DNA of 64,000 nucleotides from Candidatus Woesearchaeota archaeon (GTDB taxonomy: Archaea > Nanobdellota > Nanobdellia > Woesearchaeales > JAHWHD01). Below the pieces are notes generated by a model. The model did no database searches. It had not been told where the DNA came from and was given only the letters and a program-made list of their open reading frames with translations. The stretch lies in assembly GCA_019323515.1 (NCBI GenBank), contig JAHWHG010000007.1, forward strand, positions 148,603 to 212,602, given 5' to 3'. A program made the position numbers and the translations under genes. Positions 19,572 through 28,968 of the stretch are shown piece by piece (positions within the stretch are counted from its first letter, which is position 1; each line of letters starts with the position of its first letter).

Positions 19572-20108
19572 ATCAATAATTTCAAATAACCTTTCTTTCA
19601 AGTTCTCAACTGTACTGTTGTTATCAATCCTAAAATCATAAAGTTTATCTTCAATAATAGTACTCAAACCCATCTCTTCACTATCTCTGTGATCACGCTT
19701 AATAAAATCATCTTGGTTCAGTTTCATATTAACTCTCGATTTAAACCTAGCCTTGAAACCCCTATCAACATATATCAACTTAAACTTATCACCAAACTTC
19801 TCCCTGAAAACCTCAACCTCTTCAGGACTTCTAAAACCAGAAATAACAATATTTTTATCAAAATCAGTAATCCTATCACATAAAATCTTAGCAAGGATAT
19901 ACTGACAACCAGAATCTTTCCTTAACTTGACACCAAAAAGTGATTGGTTTTCTTTTGTTGGTTCTTTCCCTTGCTCTTTTAACATATTTACTAGGATATC
20001 AGAAAATACATACATCTCAAAACCGTTCCCCTTTAATAGTAAGGCTGCAGTATCCTTACCACTCCTTGCATAACCAGTCAAACCAATTATCATCTTGAGA
20101 AAAATCAA
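19557..20108 (-). CDS. P-loop nucleoside-monophosphate / dephospho-CoA kinase-like protein
   Basis: IIGLTGYARSGKDTAA, ISGFRSPEEV, IDNNSTVENL. Confidence 0.8.
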   Translation of the reverse strand: MIFLKMIIGLTGYARSGKDTAALLLKGNGFEMYVFSDILVNMLKEQGKEPTKENQSLFGVKLRKDSGCQYILAKILCDRITDFDKNIVISGFRSPEEVEVFREKFGDKFKLIYVDRGFKARFKSRVNMKLNQDDFIKRDHRDSEEMGLSTIIEDKLYDFRIDNNSTVENLKERLFEIIDSINV

Positions 20109-20232
20109 ACCAACTAGATATAAAAATCTATCTGAAATCAGTATACTAAAGGATATAAAATTATATAAATTTCAACAAAGTGATTTTTTCTTAATTTAGC
20201 TTATAAAAGATAAAGCAAGAGAGGTGCTTCTA

Positions 20233-21759
20233 ATGGTCGAATTCACAAAAGAGGAAAAAGAAGGAATAATGCTAACATTCTTCACAAACCTTGACAAACC
20301 AACTTATTTTATACAAAACCTGCCTGAAGAGTTCGATGCTACATTAAAGGCATATTATAGTAGGTCACCTAATTCATTAAGAGACAATTTCTGGGAAGTT
20401 ATAACAGATAAAGAACTTGGCATAGCTGACAGGTTAAGAAAAGAACTTGATGCAGGCTACTCACCTTACATAGCTGCAATGCTTGCAAAGGAAGAGATGA
20501 TGTCCATGAAGACTGTAAAAAGGTTTCACAGTAAATGGACAGTCAAATACGGTCACGGTTCAGTAGCTGAACAGGCAAAGGGATCTGCTTGTCAAGAGGA
20601 TTTATCTATAATACTTACAAAAGTAATAGAAGACGACAGGCTTAACTCCCATGTTGAGATATCCACACGTTACCAACCTTTTTCAAGAGACAACATTGCA
20701 ATTCCTAAATGCATTGAGAATGATGCTGAAATGAGAAAGGTCTACCTGAATTCAGTAAACTTATTATTTGATACCTATGAAAAGGCTACAGAAGAGGTAA
20801 GGAAATGGGTAGAAGAAAAGTTTCCAGATCTTTCAGAATCACTAAAGAAAAACAAGACCTTTGATTTAGTAAGATGCCTACTTCCTGCATGTTCAAAGAC
20901 CAGCGTTGGTTCCTCAATAAACGCAAGATGCCTTGAAAAGATGATTTCAAAGATGGGCTCACATCCTCTAGAAGAAGCACAGGATAGGGCAAAAGCACTG
21001 AAAGACGAAGCTCTTAAGGTTCTTCCTACATTGGTCAAGTATGCAGAACCAAGCAAGTACAGGAAGGTAAACAGAGAATTCTTAGAGACAATTATTGAGA
21101 CTACTAATCTTTTCAAAGATTATGATTATGACAAGGTAAAATTAATCCATTCAGAAGACGAAAGTGAAGCAATCGATAAAATAGTATCATTCTTGTTATT
21201 TGACCGAAATCGCCAAGGATATTCGTACAGTCAGATTTTTAATAGAGTAAAAGAAATGCCACATGACATAAAAGAAGGGATAATAACAAATTTTAACACA
21301 GGCAGAAAAAGACATGACCAACTACCTAGAGCATTTGAGATGGTAGATTATACCTGGGAATGCATAATAGACTTCGGAGCATACCGTGACCTGCAAAGAC
21401 AAAGGATGTGCACCCAGGCAACACCAGGGTTAACAAACCATCTTGGGTTTACATATCCAAATATACTAAAGAACCTTGGCCTGCAAGACGATATCGAAAA
21501 CGCATTAAACCAAGCATGTTTAGCCTACGACATTATATCAAAGGAACACAAATACGAAGCACAATATGTCCTTCCACTAGCTACAAACGTAAGGATGCTT
21601 TTCAAGATGAATCTCAGAGAACTTGACGAGGTAGCTCCTCTAAGGACATCATCAAGGGCGCACGAATCATATAAAAACATAATCCTGAAAGTAGTTGACC
21701 AGATAAGAGAAGCACACCCATTCTTAGGCTCTCTGCTAAGGACAGGTGATATAGAATGA
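20233..21759 (+). CDS. thyX: FAD-dependent thymidylate synthase, double-domain form
   Basis: YGHGSVAEQ, EISTRY, DLVRCLLP in domain 1; DFGAYRDLQRQR, AQYVLPL, NLREL..LR in domain 2. SD GAGGTG precedes ATG 20233. Confidence 0.88.
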   Translation: MVEFTKEEKEGIMLTFFTNLDKPTYFIQNLPEEFDATLKAYYSRSPNSLRDNFWEVITDKELGIADRLRKELDAGYSPYIAAMLAKEEMMSMKTVKRFHSKWTVKYGHGSVAEQAKGSACQEDLSIILTKVIEDDRLNSHVEISTRYQPFSRDNIAIPKCIENDAEMRKVYLNSVNLLFDTYEKATEEVRKWVEEKFPDLSESLKKNKTFDLVRCLLPACSKTSVGSSINARCLEKMISKMGSHPLEEAQDRAKALKDEALKVLPTLVKYAEPSKYRKVNREFLETIIETTNLFKDYDYDKVKLIHSEDESEAIDKIVSFLLFDRNRQGYSYSQIFNRVKEMPHDIKEGIITNFNTGRKRHDQLPRAFEMVDYTWECIIDFGAYRDLQRQRMCTQATPGLTNHLGFTYPNILKNLGLQDDIENALNQACLAYDIISKEHKYEAQYVLPLATNVRMLFKMNLRELDEVAPLRTSSRAHESYKNIILKVVDQIREAHPFLGSLLRTGDIE

Positions 21760-22655
21760 GAGGAGCTTATATTGTAGCAGAACACATTGACGGAGGAGGT
21801 GGTTCTGTAATAATTGAAGGCCTAAAAAAATATTTCAAAGAGCAGAACCAAGAAGTACTAGACATTACTGAATTATGGGGCCCGCACAGCTCCAGCAACA
21901 TAGACAATCTACTTACAGACATCTATGGAAAAGAGATAATAACAGAAACAAAAGACAAAAAGACAGGAGATATTGAATGGTACGCTAACAAAGTACCAGA
22001 GTTCAATAAGATTAAAGAGTACTATGAAAAAAAACAGCAACAACTACCAAACACAATAATCATCTGCGAACCCACTTTTGCAGAATACGGCTTACCAATA
22101 AGAAAGGAAATCACTAACTCAGAACAAGGCCTAAAGTACAAAGCACTTGACGCAGCCAAGGCATATTCAGAAGATAGGAAGAACCTTCTCAATAAATTAA
22201 TAATCCCGGCAAGAGAACACGGAGTCAATATCATTTCAGATAGAAGCGTGATTTCATCTCTTGCTTATCAATCAACTGAAGAGGACGGAGAGCTTGACAT
22301 CACTGCAATAATCTCATTGGAAGGTAATAAACTTGCTCTTGACAATGCTCCGGATCTTGCAATAATCTCAGACTTAAGTGTAGAGACTGCATTAGAGAGA
22401 CTTGCATCAAGAACTAAAAAAGACAACTGCAAGTACGAAAAAAAAAATTTCCTGGAAAAAGTGCAAAGAAAATACCTCAGCAAGCCCTTTCTTCACTTGC
22501 TAGAAGGATTCGGCACAAAGGTCACATACCTTCAGGTAGACAATCCAAGAAAACCAAGTGACACAATAGAAGGAGCAAAAATGATTGCTAAAGACTTCTT
22601 AAATGAGAAATTAAGTACAAGATACCTATACAATGAATGGCCAAGCAAGATATAA
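21756..22655 (+). CDS. tmk: Thymidylate kinase homolog with a degenerate P-loop and an insertion
   Basis: CEPT, IISDRSVISSLAYQ, PDLAII, FLEKVQRKY; P-loop reads EHIDGGGGSV; ATGA overlap with thyX. Confidence 0.75.
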   Translation: MRGAYIVAEHIDGGGGSVIIEGLKKYFKEQNQEVLDITELWGPHSSSNIDNLLTDIYGKEIITETKDKKTGDIEWYANKVPEFNKIKEYYEKKQQQLPNTIIICEPTFAEYGLPIRKEITNSEQGLKYKALDAAKAYSEDRKNLLNKLIIPAREHGVNIISDRSVISSLAYQSTEEDGELDITAIISLEGNKLALDNAPDLAIISDLSVETALERLASRTKKDNCKYEKKNFLEKVQRKYLSKPFLHLLEGFGTKVTYLQVDNPRKPSDTIEGAKMIAKDFLNEKLSTRYLYNEWPSKI

Positions 22656-22670
22656 CATTAGATTGAAATA

Positions 22671-22775
22671 TTATTCTTTCTCCTTCTTCTCTTTCTCATC
22701 ACAAAAAAAACAATCTAACTTTTTACAGCCGCGCTGCGCATCATAACTTACCTTTTTTTCAACAACCCTTTCCAA
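22671..22775 (-). CDS. Putative 34-aa Cys-containing microprotein (not in ORF track)
   Basis: TTG start 4 nt after SD GAGGTGAT; MERVVEKKVSYDAQRGCKKLDCFFCDEKEKKEKE. Confidence 0.45.
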   Translation of the reverse strand: MERVVEKKVSYDAQRGCKKLDCFFCDEKEKKEKE

Positions 22776-22832
22776 AAAAATCACCTCTTTTTTTTTATTA
22801 TAAACACATCTTTTTCCCAGAGCAATAAAGCA

Positions 22833-23273
22833 CTAATCAACTCCAGTGCTTCCAAAACCTCCCTCTCCACGTTCAGTTGCGTCAAGCTCAGGAACTTCCT
22901 CTATATCAACAATCTCAACCTTATTTATAACCAATTGAGCAATCTTATTATTTTTTACAACCTGAAAATCTTCACTGCCATGGTTGATAAGTATAACCCC
23001 AAGTACACCTCTATAACCCGCATCAAGAGTACCAGGAGTGTTCACAACACTTATCCCGTGCTTTGCAGCTAAACCAGACTTAGGTCGCACCTGGCCTTCA
23101 TACCCTGGAGGTACTGCCACCTTTAAGCCTGTGGAGATTATCTTCCTCTCACCAGGTTTTAAAACATAATCCTCAGCAGAATATAAGTCAAGCCCCACAT
23201 CACCAGGATTAGCATATGTAGGGCTCCTAACATCCGCAACCTTTTGAATTTGAATCTTCATTTGACCACCCAT
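22833..23273 (-). CDS. dut: Trimeric dUTPase
   Basis: GLDLYSA, QVRPKSGLA, GTLDAGYRG, IAQLV, RGEGGFGSTG. Confidence 0.96.
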   Translation of the reverse strand: MGGQMKIQIQKVADVRSPTYANPGDVGLDLYSAEDYVLKPGERKIISTGLKVAVPPGYEGQVRPKSGLAAKHGISVVNTPGTLDAGYRGVLGVILINHGSEDFQVVKNNKIAQLVINKVEIVDIEEVPELDATERGEGGFGSTGVD

Positions 23274-23366
23274 TCTTTTTCAATCAACCAAAAGTACAAT
23301 AAATCTCAAAAAATTATAAAACTCAAATGATATTTAAATTATTCCAATCTAAAAAATATATGTTTA

Positions 23367-23867
23367 TCAAACTTTAAGGTCCATCAATGAACCCATTTTA
23401 TCGTCTAAAATCTTACCATCAGAGGCATTTATTTTCATATTGATAGCATTAAGAGCTTTAGTAACTAAAGTAACATTCCACACATTCCCAAAATTCTCAA
23501 GATTTTGCACAAGTAGCAAAGTCTTGACAATAATCTCTCTATACTTTTCATTTTGAAAATCGTCTGCCTTTTTAATAACCTCAGGCAGATCAAGTTTAAC
23601 ATGTTTCATATCTAGTTCAAATATATTCTCATCTGGCCTTTTAAAGACCTTATCTTTACCTATTATTGAAACCTCTTTATCAATATTAAAAGAAACAATC
23701 ATGTCCTCTTTAGGACTATAATAACCAATTGTCCAAGGATACTGCTTAGCACCAGTATTATCAATGGTAAGAAAACCCACACTTAAGAAATAATCCTTAT
23801 TATCCTTCTTCCAATCCCCAAAAACTGAACTTTTCTCTAAAAGATTTAAGGCTTCTCTAAAAATCAT
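23367..23867 (-). CDS. Hypothetical protein
   Basis: 166-aa ORF with its own TATA-like element; weak PepSY-like C-terminus (INASDGKIL). Confidence 0.6.
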   Translation of the reverse strand: MIFREALNLLEKSSVFGDWKKDNKDYFLSVGFLTIDNTGAKQYPWTIGYYSPKEDMIVSFNIDKEVSIIGKDKVFKRPDENIFELDMKHVKLDLPEVIKKADDFQNEKYREIIVKTLLLVQNLENFGNVWNVTLVTKALNAINMKINASDGKILDDKMGSLMDLKV

Positions 23868-23953
23868 ATTAAAAATAAAAGAACCCTAGTTTATATAACT
23901 TTGTATTGAAGTAATCCAAAAATATTTTAAGTAGAGCCAAATCATATCAAATC

Positions 23954-24955
23954 ATGAAAAGATTACTTCAAGGAAACCAAGCAATCGTTGAAGCAGCAAT
24001 CAAGGTAGGCTGCAGTTTCTTTGCTGCATATCCTATCACTCCTGCATCAGAGATAATGCACTTTATGGCAAAAAAGGACATAGCCTTTATACATGCAGAA
24101 GATGAAATTGCATCAGTAAATATGGCAATCGGGGCTTCACTTGCAGGATCCAAATCAATGACTTCAACATCAGGACCTGGCTTCTCATTAAAACAAGAGG
24201 CAATCGGCTTTGCCCATATGACAAGAACCCCTCTTATTATAGTTGATGTCCAAAGAGTCGGCCCAAGTACTGGCATGCCCACCCTCCCAAATCAAGGAGA
24301 TATAATGCAATCAAGATATGGCAGTCATGGAGACTATATTCCAATTGTTTTCTATCCAAATTCAGTAGAAGAATGTTACAAGTACACAATAGAAGCATTC
24401 AATGCATCCGAAGAATCCTTAAGCCCAGTTATACTTTTAAGTGACGGCTTCCTAGGATTGATGTACGAAACTGTTGAACTTGACAAAATAAAGCATAATC
24501 TAAAGATAAGAAAGAAAGTAGCCTTAGGAAAAGGAGCAGGACATTTTGCAGGAATCCTTAATGAAAATGGAAATGCGAAAACAAAAGACTCAGCTTACTA
24601 CAAAAAATGGATGCAAGATTATAAAAAAGAGATTCTAGAAACAGCAAAAAGATACAATTTTTATGAGTATATTGAAAACAAAAAGTCAGACACACTTCTT
24701 ATCGCATATGGGATAACTTCAAGGGTAATCATGCCATTAAAAGAAGAATACTCAATATTCAGACCTATAAGGATTTGGCCTTTCTTAGAAGATGAACTTA
24801 TGATTATAGCAAGAAACTACAAGAAAATCATAGTCATAGAGATGAACGAAGGTCAGTATAAGAAAGAAGTTGAAAGGGTTCTTAAGAGAGATATTAAGTT
24901 CATAAACTGCAATGGAGGACAGCTCTCATTAGAAGAGATAAAATCAAGAATATGA
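23954..24955 (+). CDS. korA: 2-oxoacid:ferredoxin oxidoreductase alpha subunit (KorA-like)
   Basis: AYPITPASE, AEDEIAS, TSGPGFSL, VQRVGPSTGMPT, IEMNEGQ. Confidence 0.9.
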   Translation: MKRLLQGNQAIVEAAIKVGCSFFAAYPITPASEIMHFMAKKDIAFIHAEDEIASVNMAIGASLAGSKSMTSTSGPGFSLKQEAIGFAHMTRTPLIIVDVQRVGPSTGMPTLPNQGDIMQSRYGSHGDYIPIVFYPNSVEECYKYTIEAFNASEESLSPVILLSDGFLGLMYETVELDKIKHNLKIRKKVALGKGAGHFAGILNENGNAKTKDSAYYKKWMQDYKKEILETAKRYNFYEYIENKKSDTLLIAYGITSRVIMPLKEEYSIFRPIRIWPFLEDELMIIARNYKKIIVIEMNEGQYKKEVERVLKRDIKFINCNGGQLSLEEIKSRI

Positions 24956-25674
24956 GCATTGTAAAGACAGAGGAAGTGGTATGGTGTAAAGGCTGCGGCC
25001 TTAGCATTCTTCTCCACGCAGTAGGCCAAACATTAGAGAAGCTAAACATGAATAAACAGAACTCAACTGTTGTTTCAGGCATTGGATGCGCTGCACGTGG
25101 CTCAGGCTACTTCGACCTTGACGGAATAAACGGCCTTCATGGAAGAGCAATCCCACTAGCCGAAGGCATCAAACTTGCTAAACCAGAGATAAATACTTTT
25201 GTCTTTTCAGGAGACGGAGACCTCACCGGCATAGGAGGCAACCATTTAATTCACGCCTCAAGAAGAAACACAGACATAACAGTTATCTGCGCAAACAACG
25301 AAATCTACGGGATGACAGGTGGCCAGAAATCTCCTCTTACCCCTCTCGGAACAAAGACAATGACCTCACCTAAGGGGAATAGATGGGATCCTGTTAATAT
25401 CCAAGGGATAATAACCTCAAACAAAAAACATTTTTACGCAAGGACAACAGTCGCACATCTCCCACATCTTAAAAAATGCCTTGAAGAAGCTTTTAGGCAT
25501 AAGGGCTTTTCATTCGTAGAGGTAAAGATTAATTGCTTATCTAACTATGGCAGACGTATAGGGTTTAAGTCGTTCTTTGATATGCTAAAACACTACAAAG
25601 AAACATTCACAATAAATCAAAGTCCAACAACAGGACTAAAAGATAACGAATTAGGGATAATACAAAATGATTAA
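24952..25674 (+). CDS. korB: 2-oxoacid:ferredoxin oxidoreductase beta subunit (TPP-binding)
   Basis: WCKGCG, VSGIGC, LHGRA, GDGD..GIGGNH, NNEIYGMTGGQ.SP. Confidence 0.92.
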   Translation: MSIVKTEEVVWCKGCGLSILLHAVGQTLEKLNMNKQNSTVVSGIGCAARGSGYFDLDGINGLHGRAIPLAEGIKLAKPEINTFVFSGDGDLTGIGGNHLIHASRRNTDITVICANNEIYGMTGGQKSPLTPLGTKTMTSPKGNRWDPVNIQGIITSNKKHFYARTTVAHLPHLKKCLEEAFRHKGFSFVEVKINCLSNYGRRIGFKSFFDMLKHYKETFTINQSPTTGLKDNELGIIQND

Positions 25675-26167
25675 GATAATAATTATTGGAGAAGGGGGCC
25701 AAGGAGTTAAACTACTTGGAAATGTTATGGCAAACATTCTTGCATCTATAGGAAAACATGTAACTCTAACATACTCATACGACGCTGCTGTAAGAGGTGG
25801 AAACATAACTGCAAACCTAATCTACTCTGACGAAAAGATAGATAACCCAATAATAGACACTTCTGACATTCTGCTGATGCTTTCAGAGACAGAAGGAATC
25901 TCAACAAAAAAGATGATTATGGAAAAAACATTATTCAAAGAAGGTTACGAAAACATCCCTATAGGGGATATCACTAAGATTCCCTTAATCACCTTATCCT
26001 CTGAAAAATTCGGCAGCCCAATCTTCATCAACATGATTGCTCTCGGACAACTTCTCAAAAAGGTAGAGATTGACATCACCCAGATAAACTTAGAAAGATA
26101 CCTCCCTGAGAAGTTCCTCGAAAAGAACCTAGAAGCCATCAGATACGGTTACACCTGGCAGGAATGA
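25667..26167 (+). CDS. korC: 2-oxoacid:ferredoxin oxidoreductase gamma subunit
   Basis: GEGGQGV, YDAAVRGG, NMIALG. Confidence 0.88.
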   Translation: MIKIIIIGEGGQGVKLLGNVMANILASIGKHVTLTYSYDAAVRGGNITANLIYSDEKIDNPIIDTSDILLMLSETEGISTKKMIMEKTLFKEGYENIPIGDITKIPLITLSSEKFGSPIFINMIALGQLLKKVEIDITQINLERYLPEKFLEKNLEAIRYGYTWQE

Positions 26168-26174
26168 TAAAAGA

Positions 26175-27233
26175 ATGAGACTAAAAGAATACCAAGGAAA
26201 AGAACTTTTCAAGAAGTATGGGATTAAGGTTCCCTCAGGATATGTAATCTCAAGCATTAATCACGTAAAAGAGCAGCCAGGCATTGTTAAGGCACAGCTG
26301 CCTATAGGAAGCAGGGGCAAGTCAGGAGGTATAAAGACTGCTGACTCGGATAATATCAAAGAGATATGCTCCCAATTATTTAAGACAAAAATCAAAGGAT
26401 TAAAGGTAAAAGAACTTCTTATTGAAGAAAAGCTTGATATAGAAAAAGAACTTTATCTCTCAATCACAGTAAATCAGACAGATAAATGCCTTACACTAAT
26501 CTTTTCTGAACAAGGAGGAATTAATATTGAATCAGTTCCAGAAGATAACATAATTAAGATTAATTTCTTTAAATTTGATGAAATTATAGAAGAAATCAAA
26601 AGCACGATAAATGATAAAAAAATAATAGAAATCTCAAAAAACATCTACAACTTAATGAGAGACTTTGATGCTGAGCTAGTAGAAATCAACCCATTAGTTC
26701 TCTCAAAAGGTGAATACATTGCAGCCGACTCTAAAGTTATAATTGATGATAATGCACTTTATAGACATCCTGAATTCTCAAACGAAAAACAGCAGTCTGA
26801 TATTGAAAGGAAAGCTTCTGAATATGGACTTCAATATGTAGAGTTAGATGGAGATATCGCAATTATAGGTAATGGCGCAGGGCTAGTAATGGCAACACTT
26901 GACTCAATTAAACACTTTGGAGGTTCAGCTGCAAATTTTTTGGACCTTGGTGGAGGTGCTTCAGTAGAAAGGATGGAAAAAGCACTTGAAATTGCACTTA
27001 TGAAAAAAACAAAAGCAATTTTCATAAACGTATTCGGTGGTATAACTAGATGCGATGATATAGCACAAGGGCTTGTCAATTACATTAAAAAAAACAATAT
27101 CAATATTCCAATTGTTGTCAGGATAATAGGCACTAACCAAGAAAAAGCAGAACTTATCCTCAAAGAGAATAACATAGAATCATTCAACTCAATGGATGAA
27201 TGCAGCAAAAGAATAGTTAAGACTGCCAAGTAA
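26175..27233 (+). CDS. sucC: Succinyl-CoA synthetase beta subunit
   Basis: MRLKEYQGKELF, VKAQ..GSRGKSGG, VEINPL, GNGAGLVMATLD, ANFLDLGGGA, NVFGGITRCD. Confidence 0.9.
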   Translation: MRLKEYQGKELFKKYGIKVPSGYVISSINHVKEQPGIVKAQLPIGSRGKSGGIKTADSDNIKEICSQLFKTKIKGLKVKELLIEEKLDIEKELYLSITVNQTDKCLTLIFSEQGGINIESVPEDNIIKINFFKFDEIIEEIKSTINDKKIIEISKNIYNLMRDFDAELVEINPLVLSKGEYIAADSKVIIDDNALYRHPEFSNEKQQSDIERKASEYGLQYVELDGDIAIIGNGAGLVMATLDSIKHFGGSAANFLDLGGGASVERMEKALEIALMKKTKAIFINVFGGITRCDDIAQGLVNYIKKNNINIPIVVRIIGTNQEKAELILKENNIESFNSMDECSKRIVKTAK

Positions 27234-27240
27234 TATATTC

Positions 27241-27258
27241 TATTAAATATATTTAATA
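27241..27258. promoter_or_regulatory. 18-bp perfect palindrome upstream of the merR-like gene
   Basis: TATTAAATATATTTAATA; AT-only, so weak. Confidence 0.35.
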
Positions 27259-27299
27259 CACTATATTTTGCTTTAAATAAAGGCATATAAAAGGACCAT

Positions 27300-27860
27300 A
27301 TGCTCTATATACCAATGAAATCATTTTTTACACCTAAAGAAGTTAAAAGAATTGTTGGTATCAGCTATAGGCAGATGCAGTATTGGGATAATTCGAACTT
27401 TATCTCGCCTTCATATAGGAGAAGAAACAAGTATCGCTTATACACTTTTACAGATCTAACTAAATTAAAGTTTGCTAAGCAATTAAGGGAAAAAGGCTAT
27501 TCTATACAAAGATTAAGAAAAACTGTAAAGAGTCTAGAAGATTTGTTACCAAAAGTAAGCCATCCTTTAGTTGAATTAACATTCTTAATTGACGGAGACC
27601 GTATCCTGGTCTTCGATGGAGATGTCCTGATGAATGATACTAACAAAAGCTATTTGCGATTTAATGTCAAAAGCCTGAGAGAAAAGATAAATGAGATATG
27701 TAAAGATGAGTTTTCTCCAAAATCGAAAGAGAATAACAGAAGTGAAGCAGCAAGTAAATGGGAAAAGAAGAGCTCAGGTATTTATGAACTCTATTATTCA
27801 CATTGGTATCAGAAACTTCAAGAAGACAGTATTAAAGGAGATATTCATAAAGCTTATTAA
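27300..27860 (+). CDS. MerR-family HTH regulator
   Basis: FTPKEVKRIVGISYRQMQYWD...RLYTFTDL..L...L...GYSIQ. Confidence 0.85.
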   Translation: MLYIPMKSFFTPKEVKRIVGISYRQMQYWDNSNFISPSYRRRNKYRLYTFTDLTKLKFAKQLREKGYSIQRLRKTVKSLEDLLPKVSHPLVELTFLIDGDRILVFDGDVLMNDTNKSYLRFNVKSLREKINEICKDEFSPKSKENNRSEAASKWEKKSSGIYELYYSHWYQKLQEDSIKGDIHKAY

Positions 27861-27884
27861 ACAAGAACCTTTTTTCTAACAATT

Positions 27885-28754
27885 ATGTCAATCCTTATAG
27901 ACAAAAACACAAAAGTGATTGTTCAAGGAATCACAGGAAAACAAGGGAGTTTTCATACAAAACAGATGTTAAACTATGGAACTAAGATAGTTGCAGGAGT
28001 CACACCCGGCAAGCAAGGACAGACTATAGATGGGATTCCTGTGTACAATACAGTAAAGGAGGCATTAGTACAACACAACACTAATAACAAAAATCCAATA
28101 AAGTTCTCAATAATATTTGTTCCTGTAAGATTTGCGAAACAAGCAGCGATTGAAGCCCTAGAAAATAATCTTAACATTATCCTTATCACAGAAGGAATCC
28201 CAATTCATGATACTCTTGAAATAATTAAAGAAGCAAAACATAAAGACCTAATTGTAATAGGACCAAACTGCCCAGGCATAATCTCTCCTGAAGAATCAAA
28301 ACTTGGAATCATGCCAAATCAGATATTCAAAAAAGGAAAGATAGGAATAGTATCACGCTCAGGAACACTCACTTATGAGATTGTACATCTGCTCTCAAGC
28401 AATAACATTGGTCAATCCTCAGTGATAGGCATAGGAGGCGACTCTGTGATTGGCTTTGACTTTGTCGAAGCTTTGAAGAGGTTTGAACAAGATCAAGGAA
28501 CAGAAAAGATAATTCTAATTGGAGAGATTGGGGGAAACCTTGAGGAACAAGCAGCTAAGTTCATCAAGAACGATATAACCAAGCCAGTAATAGCATACAT
28601 TGCTGGAAAAACAGCACCTCTTGGAAAAAAAATGGGCCATGCAGGTGCAATTATCACAAGAGACGCAGGAACTGCTACCTCGAAAATCAAAGCGCTTCAA
28701 CAAGCAGGCGTAAAGATTGCAGAATTGCCCTCAAATATCCTAGATTTTCTTTGA
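27885..28754 (+). CDS. sucD: Succinyl-CoA synthetase alpha subunit
   Basis: VQGITGKQG, GVTPGK, GPNCPG, SRSGTLTYE, GEIGG, MGHAGA (phospho-His). Confidence 0.95.
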   Translation: MSILIDKNTKVIVQGITGKQGSFHTKQMLNYGTKIVAGVTPGKQGQTIDGIPVYNTVKEALVQHNTNNKNPIKFSIIFVPVRFAKQAAIEALENNLNIILITEGIPIHDTLEIIKEAKHKDLIVIGPNCPGIISPEESKLGIMPNQIFKKGKIGIVSRSGTLTYEIVHLLSSNNIGQSSVIGIGGDSVIGFDFVEALKRFEQDQGTEKIILIGEIGGNLEEQAAKFIKNDITKPVIAYIAGKTAPLGKKMGHAGAIITRDAGTATSKIKALQQAGVKIAELPSNILDFL

Positions 28755-28911
28755 AAACAATAACATCACAGATTTAAGCTAAAGAATCTTCTAGTTTTAT
28801 CACTTAACAAAAACATCAAAACGATTAATTTCATATTCAAAAAAGAACAAAACAAAAAGACTTATAGACTTTAGAATACAAAAATATTTAAATGTAAAAC
28901 CTGCAAAAAAT

Positions 28912-28958
28912 ACACAATATGTTGTGGTTTTGACAAAAAAACACACAACAGGTTGTTA
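28912..28958 (+). promoter_or_regulatory. Tandem NrdR boxes, 31 bp apart
   Basis: ACACAATATGTTGTGG (28912-28927) and ACACAACAGGTTGTTA (28943-28958) match the acaCwAtATaTwGtgt consensus; they lie directly upstream of nrdR-nrdD and just downstream of the TATA-like ATTTAAAT at 28886-28893. Confidence 0.85.
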
Positions 28959-28968
28959 TCACTGAAAA

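Noticed and set aside
27258-27270. Single NrdR-box-like ACACTATATTTTG upstream of merR/sucD
   Set aside because: No partner box at about 31 bp; AT-rich context makes a chance match likely.
28930-28962. Perfect TTGACA upstream of nrdR as a target promoter for the sigma-70 factor
   Set aside because: No -10 match at 16-18 bp spacing (TTGTTA there); a TATA-like box explains the promoter; single hexamers are frequent by chance.
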